Shown here: positions 1 through 8,578 of the stretch, piece after piece
Layout of the letters: every line of letters begins with the position of its first letter
Position numbering within the stretch: position 1 is the stretch's first letter
Assembly: GCA_017694665.1 (NCBI GenBank)
Contig: JADIMP010000066.1
Coordinates: 1-24,000 of the forward strand
Length of the DNA: 24,000 nt
Direction: 5' to 3'
Source: Candidatus Gallilactobacillus intestinavium
Lineage (GTDB): Bacteria > Bacillota > Bacilli > Lactobacillales > Lactobacillaceae
Notes under the pieces: model-generated
The model's input: only the letters and a program-made list of their open reading frames with translations
Told to the model about the DNA's origin: nothing
Database searches by the model: none
Made by a program: the position numbers and the translations under genes

Positions 1-33
1 CACTTTTAATAATTAATTTATTATGAGGAAATT

Positions 34-1149
34 ATGACTGTTAAAGAACGAAATTCTAATTTTGAATTTTTAAGAATAATTATGATGTTATTAATTGTGT
101 TTCATCATTCAATTGTTCATGGAGTTATTCCACAAGGTCCAAAATTAATATTTACTTTAAATAGAATATGGATACATGATTTTATTTGTTCTTGTTTTGC
201 GATGTTTGGCAAGATGGGAGTAGTTGTTTTTGTAATGATTTCAGGATTCTTTTTAGTTAAGTCTAACTTTTCTTACGGAAAAATGTTATCTAAGGTTTTA
301 AAAATTATTATACAAGTATATTTTTATTCTTTACTAATTTTTTTGTTTACTTGTTATTTCCATTTAATACCTATTAATGTTCATGTAATATTGCAAGCTG
401 TTTTTCCGTTTTTTTATAATACTTATTGGTTTGCGCTTGATTATTTATTATTGTACTTAGTTTATCCATATATCAATATTTTGATTAATAATTTAACTCA
501 GAAACAACATTTGATTTTGATTTTAATATTGATGTCATGTTTTACTATTGTTCCATTATTTGTATCGTCGTTTGTTAGTAATAGTACACTCGAAGCATTC
601 ATTCTTTTTGTAATGTTTTATATTATTGGAAGTTATATTAGGCTATATCCAATAAAAAATACCCTGTTTGATAAGAAAATGGGTAAATTTATATTTTTTA
701 TTACAATTGTAGTTACTATATTATTAATTTTGTTAAATGTTTATTTAGGTCAATACATTGGCAATATATCTTTTATTGATGAGAGTTTTAATATTACTGG
801 TCAATATAGTTTTTTAACTATAATTATGGCTGTTTCATTAATGTATTGGGTCAAGAACTGGCGTCCGCATACTAGTAAAACTATTAATTTTATTTCTGCA
901 ACAACATTTGGAGTCTATTTAATTCATGATAATCCAATCATGGAAACAGTTTTATGGAATAATTGGTTACATATGCCGACGTTATTTATGGAGCCTACTT
1001 TACATCTGATTTTAGTGGTTTTGGTGGTTTGTCCCATTGTTTTTATAGTTTGTTCCTTAATTGATAGCTTAAGGTTAATTATTTTTAATTTTGTTCAAAA
1101 ATTTTTTGTGGTTAAGAGTAATTGGAGGATACAAAACAATGTTAAATAA
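34..1149 (+). CDS. Acyltransferase family 3 (OafA/WecH-like) integral membrane O-acyltransferase
   Basis: 371-aa polytopic protein. The N-terminus 'NFEFLRIIMMLLIVFHHSIVHG' has the paired His of acyltransferase-3, and the C-terminal 'TFGVYLIHDNP' motif is typical of the family. RBS-like AGGAAA lies upstream of the ATG. Confidence 0.85.
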   Translation: MTVKERNSNFEFLRIIMMLLIVFHHSIVHGVIPQGPKLIFTLNRIWIHDFICSCFAMFGKMGVVVFVMISGFFLVKSNFSYGKMLSKVLKIIIQVYFYSLLIFLFTCYFHLIPINVHVILQAVFPFFYNTYWFALDYLLLYLVYPYINILINNLTQKQHLILILILMSCFTIVPLFVSSFVSNSTLEAFILFVMFYIIGSYIRLYPIKNTLFDKKMGKFIFFITIVVTILLILLNVYLGQYIGNISFIDESFNITGQYSFLTIIMAVSLMYWVKNWRPHTSKTINFISATTFGVYLIHDNPIMETVLWNNWLHMPTLFMEPTLHLILVVLVVCPIVFIVCSLIDSLRLIIFNFVQKFFVVKSNWRIQNNVK

Positions 1150-2941
1150 GATTATGGGGGGGAGAATAAAGCAGGAACATTATAAAAGTTTAGTTAAATT
1201 TTTATTTATATTTGTTTTATTTTTCATAATAACTATTGCAGCTTTTTATACACAGTTCAAATATAGACAGTTTCAGCTTAGAGCTGATGCATTTTTTCAT
1301 TTAAATAGAGTAGAAGAAATTTATCAAAATTTAAAACATGGAACACTTTTAACATTTATTGCTACGCATACATTTCAAAAAACTGGAGTTGGTAATTTCT
1401 TATTTTATCCTGATGTGTTTTTGTATCCCTTAGCTTTATTAAGATTTATTTTTCATCCAGTAACTGCGTTTTACTTGTGGGATGGATTTATTTTATTTTT
1501 AACTTTTATTATTAGTTATTTCTGTATGCAAGATTACTCTCACGATAGTTTACGTAGTTTTTTATTTGCATTAATTTATGGATTAGCAACTTATCATATT
1601 TATTTAGGACAGTGTGATTTTGTTCTAGGAGAATATTTAGCTTACACTTTTTTGCCATTAGTTGTGTTAGGTATGTATCATGTTGTTTTTATGAATAAGA
1701 ATAAATGGTATATATTGGCGATTGGAATGGCATTAATTACATACTGTCATCTTTTAACTGTATATATTATGACCATTTTTTGTGGATTATTTGCTATTTT
1801 GTCATTATTTTATACTAATTGGTTGAAAGAGTCTGGAAGAATATTGGCTATCGTTAAGTCTATTGGTTTATATATATTATTAACTGGTTGGATATTTGTC
1901 CCGTTTTTAACTGATTATATTGGACGAAATATTCAAGTTCCTGCAAATGGATTTATCATTTTATATTCTTTAAAACAAATGATAAATAATTCTTTAGATG
2001 CACAATTAGCTGTCACAAATCATTCTGTTGGGATAATAGCAATTTTGACTGCTTTAATAGGCTGGTTTTTTGTTAGAAAAAATAAACAAGAGCAAACAAC
2101 TTATGTTATAGGAACTGTTTAACTTTTATTGACAACTACTTTTGTTCCATATTATAGAATGATGCGGATACATTTTTGGGTTAAATCTGTCGGATTGATT
2201 CAATTTCCTTATAGATTGTTAAGTTTAGTAACATTATTTTTATCGATTAGTGCATCATATATTTTATTAAAATTCATTCGTAATGCCCAAAAGAGAAAAA
2301 GCCAAATCGGATTATTAATTTTAACCTTAAGTATGATAATAATTTGTTATTATTCAGAACAATCACCTGTAATAGAACATATTTATCCTAATAGCGAACA
2401 AACTTTATTACCTAAATCTAAAATCCCTAATTCTGAGGCTCAATTATTAAAAGACGCTACTAATAAGTTAGTTAATAATCAAAATTATCATAATATTTTT
2501 GATTATGAAGTTTTATATGGAGAAACGGATTATTATTTACGTTCTGCATTTGATGTTAATCCAAATAAGGGATCTTTTGCTCCAAAAGCTTTATCTATTT
2601 GCCAACATATATCTTACATTAATCAGAAACAAAGTATAATTAATCCGATATCTAGTGGTAATAAATTGATTTATATGTTTACGTTAAATAAAAGAAGTAA
2701 AGTTAATTTGCCTGTAATTGCTTATCATAATACGAAAGTTTATGATAATGGCCAGTTAATAGATAAAAAAATAAGTAATAGAGGTACGGTTTTAGTTCAT
2801 TTAAACCATGGATATCATAAATTATTAGTTTGTTATAGTCCAAACTTTATGTATTACATAATGTTATTTATTGCTATTTTTACATGGATTATTTTATTAA
2901 TTATTTATTTTAAACAATCAGTGATTAATCTTAATATTTAG
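1139..2941 (+). pseudogene. YfhO-like / GT-C-like multi-pass membrane protein, interrupted by an in-frame TAA at 2120-2122
   Basis: ORFs 1091-2122 and 2129-2941 are in the same frame, separated only by TAA CTT TTA. The joined product aligns with the intact protein at 13369-15033 across the stop. The likely start is the ATG at 1139, preceded by GGAGG at about 8 nt spacing, rather than 1091. Confidence 0.75.
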
Positions 2942-2969
2942 ATTGATAAAATCAGTTAAAATTAATTTA

Positions 2970-2997
2970 TTTACTAATAATTTATTTATTATATAAT
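2970..2997 (+). promoter_or_regulatory. Putative sigma-A promoter for the deoxyribosyltransferase gene
   Basis: TTTACT (2970-2975), 16-nt spacer, TATAAT (2992-2997), upstream of the ATG at 3035. Confidence 0.45.
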
Positions 2998-3034
2998 CTA
3001 ATTGTACGTATTTTAATCTTGAAGGAGAATTTTA

Positions 3035-3475
3035 ATGAAAAAAGTATATTTAGCTGGACCATTTTTTGATGATGAACAAATTGAACGTATTGAAAGAGTA
3101 GAAAAAGCTTTAGATAATAATGCGACTGTTAGTGAATATTTTAGTCCTCGTAAGCATCAGCATGATGATTTAAAATTTGGTAGTCCGGAATGGCAAGATG
3201 TTGTTTATAAAGGTGATGTTCAACATGTAGAAGATGCAGATGTGATCGTAGCAATAGCTGATTTTATTGATGATTCTGTTGATAGTGGAACAGCTTTTGA
3301 AATTGGTTATGCAGCAGCTAAAAATAAAAAAATTGTTTTGCTACATGAAAAAGACAGTATAGTTAATTTGATGCTAGCCCAATCTTTAACTACATACATT
3401 GATGATTTTAGTGAATTAAAAAATCTGAATTTAGATAATTTGCCAAATAAAAAATATACTGGAGAAATTGTATAA
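3035..3475 (+). CDS. Nucleoside 2-deoxyribosyltransferase
   Basis: 146 aa. N-terminal 'KKVYLAGPFFDDEQ' and 'DADVIVAIADFIDDSVDSGTAFEIGYAAAKNKKIVLLH' match the catalytic region of the family. Upstream RBS AAGGAG. Confidence 0.9.
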   Translation: MKKVYLAGPFFDDEQIERIERVEKALDNNATVSEYFSPRKHQHDDLKFGSPEWQDVVYKGDVQHVEDADVIVAIADFIDDSVDSGTAFEIGYAAAKNKKIVLLHEKDSIVNLMLAQSLTTYIDDFSELKNLNLDNLPNKKYTGEIV

Positions 3476-3491
3476 TTAAAGTATGAAGAAG

Positions 3492-3524
3492 AGTACTAGT
3501 TAAATAACTAGTACTTATTTTTTT
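3492..3524 (+). terminator. Rho-independent terminator
   Basis: AGTACTAGTTA-AA-TAACTAGTACT inverted repeat (3492-3515) followed by a T-rich tail. Confidence 0.75.
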
Positions 3525-3583
3525 GATTTAATTTTTTATATCTGTATTATTAATAGATAAAGAAAGATGTTGAGGTTTTATTA

Positions 3584-3835
3584 ATGAATAAAAAATTAAG
3601 TGAAGATGAATTAATTAATAGAATTAATGAATTAGCACATAAACAAAAAAAAGATAGCTTAACTGATGATGAAAAAAGTGAACAAAAAAAACTGCGACAA
3701 CAATTTTTAGCTAATTTTCGTGAATCTTTTAAATCTCAAATTGAAATGATGCAAATTTATGATAAAAATGGTAAAGAAGTAACTCCTGAAAAGGTAAAAG
3801 AAATACAAAGAAAAAAGGGGTTACGTGACGATTAA
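3584..3835 (+). CDS. DUF896 / YnzC family protein
   Basis: 83 aa, 'LINRINELAHKQKKDSLTDDEKSEQKKLRQQFLANFRESFKSQIEMMQIYDKNGKEVTP' is the characteristic DUF896 pattern. Confidence 0.88.
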   Translation: MNKKLSEDELINRINELAHKQKKDSLTDDEKSEQKKLRQQFLANFRESFKSQIEMMQIYDKNGKEVTPEKVKEIQRKKGLRDD

Positions 3836-3914
3836 TTTTTAAAATATCTTTAAAATATTAAAAGAATTGTGTATTATGAATCATTGTAAGATTTAATTAG
3901 AAAAGGGGAGTTAT

Positions 3915-4142
3915 ATGCCAACTTTTGGATGGATTATAATTATTATTGTTGCATTATTAGCAGGATTAGTTGGTGGATTTTTCTTAGCTAGACATTATAT
4001 GCAAAATTACTTCAAAGATAACCCACCTATTGATGAAAATATGTTACGAACAATGATGGTTCAAATGGGTCAGAAACCTTCTGAAAAGAAAATTAGACAA
4101 ATGGCTCAAGCAATGAAAAATCAAGCTAAAAAAGTTAAATAA
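3915..4142 (+). CDS. YneF family (UPF0154) small membrane protein
   Basis: 75 aa, one N-terminal TM segment 'IIIIIVALLAGLVGGFFLARHYM', then 'YFKDNPPIDENMLRTMMVQMGQKPSEKKIRQ'. AGGGGAG RBS. Confidence 0.9.
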   Translation: MPTFGWIIIIIVALLAGLVGGFFLARHYMQNYFKDNPPIDENMLRTMMVQMGQKPSEKKIRQMAQAMKNQAKKVK

Positions 4143-4190
4143 AAAAGAAGCTAAGATAATTATGTTATACATTATCTTAGCTTCTTTTTT
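4141..4190. terminator. Bidirectional terminator between yneF-like and plsC-like genes
   Basis: Perfect 20-bp inverted repeat AAAAAAGAAGCTAAGATAAT (4141-4160) / ATTATCTTAGCTTCTTTTTT (4171-4190) with a 10-nt loop. It overlaps the termini of both convergent genes. Confidence 0.92.
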
Positions 4191-4779
4191 AATCTTTAAA
4201 AGAGGGATCTATTTCTAGATCTAATTTTTTAAATTGTTCATTTAGAGTATTAAGGATTTGTTCGTTATCACTATCTTTATTTAAGTAAATTGGTTTACCA
4301 AAATTAACAGTTGTTTGTTGACGTGTAAATAATTTTTTAAATGATAATGGTCCTTGATATACTGTTGGAATAAGTGGAACGTTTGCCATTTTAGCAATGA
4401 TTAAAGCACCGGCTTTTAACTTTTTTGAATAGCGGGTTCCGGAAGGAAATATAATTGTTGATAATTTTCCTTCTTTTAAAATCTTTACTGGTGTCTTAAT
4501 AGCTGAAGGACCAGGATTTTGTCGGTTAACTGGATATGCATGAACGTGATTTAAAATAAATCTGATCAATGGATTTTTAAATAATTCTTGTTTAGCCATA
4601 AAAGAAAATTCTTTAGGAGAGGCAGCTAATGCAAAAAATATTGGATCAAACCATGTTCGATGTGGACCAACAAGAATATAAGATTCTTTAGGTAGATTTT
4701 GTTTATTTAAATATTTTGGTTTTCCATTAATTAAATAGACAAAATATTTAATAATAAATCTTGCAAAACGGTAAAACAT
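4189..4779 (-). CDS. 1-acyl-sn-glycerol-3-phosphate acyltransferase (PlsC/LPLAT family)
   Basis: 196 aa with HX4D box 'HRTWFD' and second motif 'FPSGTR'. Confidence 0.85.
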   Translation of the reverse strand: MFYRFARFIIKYFVYLINGKPKYLNKQNLPKESYILVGPHRTWFDPIFFALAASPKEFSFMAKQELFKNPLIRFILNHVHAYPVNRQNPGPSAIKTPVKILKEGKLSTIIFPSGTRYSKKLKAGALIIAKMANVPLIPTVYQGPLSFKKLFTRQQTTVNFGKPIYLNKDSDNEQILNTLNEQFKKLDLEIDPSFKD

Positions 4780-4854
4780 AAAAGTCTCCTTAATAGTTCA
4801 TAGGGTTAACTATATTTATTATATTTTATTTTTATTACTTTTGCTATATAAAGA

Positions 4855-4886
4855 AAGGCCACCTTATAAATATATAAGATGACCTT
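4855..4886 (-). terminator. Terminator of the PqqD-like/OPT gene pair
   Basis: On the minus strand AAGGTCATCTTATA / TATAAGGTGGCCTT pair over 14 bp with two G.U wobbles and a 4-nt loop, followed by TTCTTT. The stem has C-A mismatches on the plus strand, so it functions only on the minus strand. Confidence 0.65.
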
Positions 4887-4894
4887 ATAAATTA

Positions 4895-5254
4895 CTAGTA
4901 ATTTATTAATTGAATTATATGTTCATTTACATCTAAGTGGTGTAAATATAATACCAGTCGATCATATAAATTTTCATTGGCTTCGGAAAATTTATTTTTT
5001 AATATTTGTCCTATTTCATAAACACTTTTTTTACCATCAATCTGTTGAACAATAAAACTACCATATTTATCTAAGTCTAAATATGTTTTTTGAGGGATAT
5101 TGAAGGATAGTTTACGTAAAAAATTTTGAATAGGATGATTTTGGATGCGAATGATAGTAATAATACCTTGCTCATTTAGTGAATAGTGAATGGAAGGATT
5201 AATTTGAAAAACCATTTGTTTTAAATCTTGAACTGTTAATTGTTTACGTTGCAT
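4895..5254 (-). CDS. PqqD family (RiPP recognition element-like) protein
   Basis: 119 aa containing 'YLDLDKYGSFIVQQIDGKKSVYEIGQILKNKFSEANENLYDRLVLYLHHLDVNEHIIQL', the winged-helix PqqD-like pattern (L(D/N)xxGxxIxxxIDGkxsVxEI). Confidence 0.75.
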   Translation of the reverse strand: MQRKQLTVQDLKQMVFQINPSIHYSLNEQGIITIIRIQNHPIQNFLRKLSFNIPQKTYLDLDKYGSFIVQQIDGKKSVYEIGQILKNKFSEANENLYDRLVLYLHHLDVNEHIIQLINY

Positions 5255-5255
5255 A

Positions 5256-7178
5256 TTATTTTTGTGATTTGTTATTTTTTATATTGTAAATTGGTATTAA
5301 TATGCTGATAAGCATGATTACTAATAAAATCGTTGCAGTAATATTTGATGCAGCAAAACCATGTGGTATTTTGTTTGGTAAAATACCTGATACATGTAAA
5401 ATAATACCTACTAAACCAATAATAGAACTACCAGCAATTAATCCAGAAGATAAACCAATTCCACCCTGAGTTCGGCGATCTTTTAAATTAGAATCTTTAG
5501 TTGTTTTGTCAACCAATAATCTTAAAAGTGCTCCTATTAAAATAATAGAGGTTGTAGAAATAGGTAAATAAAAGCCTAAAGCAAAGGTCATAATTGGAAT
5601 ATCTATCATCCATAATACTAATGCCATTACTGCTCCAGCTATAATCATAACCCAAGGCAATTTACCAGACATAATACCAGAAGTTAAGGTTGCTATTAGA
5701 TTAGCTTGTGGCAAAGCAAACGGCGGATTAGAACCACTTATTTTTAGTTGTGGAGTAAGTAATACAGTTAATCCGATAATTACAATGACACCTACGATAC
5801 TTGATAAGATGTATCGTTTCATCATTTCTTTGTTGGATCCTCCAATGACGAAGTTAACTTTTTGAGTTTGTGAGTAACCACTTGCAATAGCGATTGCTGT
5901 TACAACAAACACACCAAATAATAGTAAGATAGAAGTACTTAATTTATCTGTCCATCCCATAATTAAAAATACTAGCGTCATGATAACTAAGGAGGCAATA
6001 GTCATTCCTGAAATAGGATTATTAGAATGACCAATTGTTCCAGCTAAACGAGCAGAAACGATAATAAATAAAAATGAAAAAGCTAGTGCTAAAATAGCAC
6101 CAATTAATCCCATTACAAAAGTTTTTGAAATTATAAAGCCAGTAATAAAAGCTAAAATTGTTGCAATTATTAAAGATAAAATACCAATAATGTTTTTATT
6201 ATCATTATTTTGATCTTTGTTAGCATTAATTGTTTGCTTAATAGAATTAATAATAGTAGGGATTAATTTTACAGCACCGATAATTCCTCCACATAGCATC
6301 ATACCAGCACCGATATATTTGGTATATGAACCAACAATATCATCAACTGACATATGTGCTAATGATAATGAAGTGTTATTCCAAACATGAGCATGAACTG
6401 CAAAATGTGCGAAGTAACTAAGTAAGGGAACAATAGCAAAATTAGCTAAAATTGTTCCAGCAAAAACAACTAGGGCAACATCTAATCCAACAACATAACC
6501 AATACCGGCTAGCATGGGATTAGCTTGAGTAGAATATTTCCAAGCATAAAATTTATTATTTACTAAAGTAATTGTATCGTTAATCCAACCGAATACTTGT
6601 GTGGTTAAGGCAGTAATAATCCCACCAATACTAAAACCTATTCCCATCATTTTTAAAGTTTCACCACCAGCATCAGAGGCTACTAATGCTTCTGAAATGG
6701 CCATTGATTCAGGATAGATTAATTTACCATGTTCTTGGACTAATAAATAATTTTGGACTAAAGATGTTCCACCAATAGCAAATAAAACGGCAGCAATACC
6801 TACTAATACACCTTGCCAAAAATGTACCTTACTACCAATTAAAATAATTGCTGGTAAAACATAAATCATTCCACTAGCAACGGCTTCTCCACCACTAGAC
6901 ATTCCTTGTAAAATATTAGCACCTAAAATGCCTTGTTTTTTACTAAAAATACTAATAAGACCAGATCCTAAAATTGCTCCAGGAATACCAGCTGATACTG
7001 TTAATCCAGCTTTCATTCCAGAATAAGCAGTTGAAGCAGCAAAAACAGCTGCTAAAATAATTCCAATGATGATGGTCGTTTTATTACTAATGTTTTTAGT
7101 ATTACCGTCTGTTACATACGGTGTATAATCTTTTCCATCAATTCCTCCGTATGCTGATTTGGAAAGTGATTTTTTCAT
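5256..7178 (-). CDS. OPT family oligopeptide transporter
   Basis: Large polytopic protein with 'ITTQVFGWI', 'NPMLAGIGYVVGLDVALVVFAGTILANFAIVPLL' and 'LTVSAGIPGAILGSG'. The track starts at 7229, but GGAGAAAT lies just upstream of the ATG at 7178 ('MKKSLSKSAYGGIDGKDYTPYV'). Confidence 0.9.
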   Translation of the reverse strand: MKKSLSKSAYGGIDGKDYTPYVTDGNTKNISNKTTIIIGIILAAVFAASTAYSGMKAGLTVSAGIPGAILGSGLISIFSKKQGILGANILQGMSSGGEAVASGMIYVLPAIILIGSKVHFWQGVLVGIAAVLFAIGGTSLVQNYLLVQEHGKLIYPESMAISEALVASDAGGETLKMMGIGFSIGGIITALTTQVFGWINDTITLVNNKFYAWKYSTQANPMLAGIGYVVGLDVALVVFAGTILANFAIVPLLSYFAHFAVHAHVWNNTSLSLAHMSVDDIVGSYTKYIGAGMMLCGGIIGAVKLIPTIINSIKQTINANKDQNNDNKNIIGILSLIIATILAFITGFIISKTFVMGLIGAILALAFSFLFIIVSARLAGTIGHSNNPISGMTIASLVIMTLVFLIMGWTDKLSTSILLLFGVFVVTAIAIASGYSQTQKVNFVIGGSNKEMMKRYILSSIVGVIVIIGLTVLLTPQLKISGSNPPFALPQANLIATLTSGIMSGKLPWVMIIAGAVMALVLWMIDIPIMTFALGFYLPISTTSIILIGALLRLLVDKTTKDSNLKDRRTQGGIGLSSGLIAGSSIIGLVGIILHVSGILPNKIPHGFAASNITATILLVIMLISILIPIYNIKNNKSQK

Positions 7179-7284
7179 AATAATTTCTCCTCGAAAAATC
7201 CTTAATAATTTAAAACTTGTAAAGTACAAATATATAACATATTATCAATAATTAGACTAATTGTGAATTAAAATAGGAATTGTT

Positions 7285-8037
7285 ATGGATGTAAAATTGA
7301 ATCCTGATGAAAGAATTGATCAATTATATAGTTCTAATATTCAAATAATTCAAAATAAGAAAACGTTTAGTTTTTCTATTGATGCTGTTTTATTAGCTGA
7401 TTTTGCCAAACCAGATAGAAGGAGACGAGGAATAACGGTAGACCTCTGTGCTGGTAATGGTGCAGTTGGATTGTTTTTTAGCAAAAAAACTAAAGGATTA
7501 ATTCATGAAATTGAAATTCAACCTTATTTGGCTGATTTAGCACAACGTTCAATTAAGTTAAATCATTTAGAACAACAAATTGATGTTTTAAATATCGATT
7601 TAATTAATAGTTTAGAAAAGATTAAGCCAGATACTGTTAGTACAGTTTTATGCAATCCACCTTATTTTAAAAATTTATCTAGTTCTATTAAAAATGATAA
7701 TCAATATTATGCTATTGCCCGTCATGAAATAAAAACTGATTTAGAAAAGGTTATTTATATAACTTCTAAGTTGTTGAAAATGACGGGACATGCATATTTT
7801 GTTTTTCGTACAGATCGGTTTTTAGAAATGATGCAATTATTAATAAAATATCAATTGGCTCCTAAAACAGTACAATTTATTTATCCAAAGCCAGGTAAGA
7901 ATGCGGATATGTTTTTAATTGATGCTATTAAAAATGGAAAACAAACGGGTTTTAAAATTTTATCTTCTATTACTTTAGCTGATGATGAAGGAAATTATGT
8001 TGGTTATGTTAAAAAGATATTATATGGTGAACAATGA
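7285..8037 (+). CDS. tRNA1(Val) (adenine(37)-N6)-methyltransferase, TrmN6/YabB-like
   Basis: 250 aa class I SAM methyltransferase with '[14 protein letters not shown]' and N6-adenine motif 'CNPPYFKN'. Confidence 0.85.
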   Translation: MDVKLNPDERIDQLYSSNIQIIQNKKTFSFSIDAVLLADFAKPDRRRRGITVDLCAGNGAVGLFFSKKTKGLIHEIEIQPYLADLAQRSIKLNHLEQQIDVLNIDLINSLEKIKPDTVSTVLCNPPYFKNLSSSIKNDNQYYAIARHEIKTDLEKVIYITSKLLKMTGHAYFVFRTDRFLEMMQLLIKYQLAPKTVQFIYPKPGKNADMFLIDAIKNGKQTGFKILSSITLADDEGNYVGYVKKILYGEQ

Positions 8038-8306
8038 ATAAAAATTATTACATGTATGTTTTGTTATGTGCTGACAATACTTTATATTGTGGATTTACAG
8101 ATAATGTTGAAAAAAGATTAGCTACTCATCAAGCTGGTAAAGGAGCTAAGTATACACGACCATATTTTAGGCATCCATTAAAGTTAATTTATTATGAAAA
8201 ATTTAATAATAAATCGGCTGCTTTAAAAGCAGAATATCAGTTTAAACATCAAACGAAAAAACAAAAATTGATATATTTAAGAGAACATGGTGTTAACTTG
8301 TATTAA
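8034..8306 (+). CDS. GIY-YIG nuclease family protein (YazA-like)
   Basis: 90 aa, '[40 protein letters not shown]...[21 protein letters not shown]'. It overlaps the upstream gene by 4 nt (ATGA), the usual yabB-yazA arrangement. Confidence 0.9.
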   Translation: MNKNYYMYVLLCADNTLYCGFTDNVEKRLATHQAGKGAKYTRPYFRHPLKLIYYEKFNNKSAALKAEYQFKHQTKKQKLIYLREHGVNLY

Positions 8307-8544
8307 GGTAATTGTTAACTTATTAAGTGTAAAGTTATATGTCAGTAAATAATATAAGAAGCATTCATTTTATCGAATGGTGTTATCCTTGTCGAATTTA
8401 TTCAAAATGCAGTTTTAGAAAAAATTGAATATTGTTTGGATTATCAAGACGCCGTTGGGCTATACTCGAATTTGATGGGAAGACAGTGTCTAGCGAAGAA
8501 ATTGGCCGAAGATTAGTTCTATAATATATTCTTAATTTAGAAAC

Positions 8545-8578
8545 AAAAAGGAGAAGTTATATAAACTTTTCCTTTTTT
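8545..8578. terminator. Bidirectional terminator downstream of the MFS transporter gene
   Basis: AAAAAGGAGAAGTT / AACTTTTCCTTTTTT hairpin (one G.T pair or mismatch) at the end of the minus-strand CDS. Confidence 0.7.

Noticed and set aside
1091-1138. Track start of the split membrane protein at 1091
   Set aside because: It would overlap the upstream acyltransferase by about 59 nt with no good SD. GGAGG upstream of the ATG at 1139 is a much better initiation site.
8451-8500. Possible tRNA in the GC-rich intergenic patch
   Set aside because: No GTTCRAxxC T-arm, no acceptor-stem pairing and no anticodon arm could be built.
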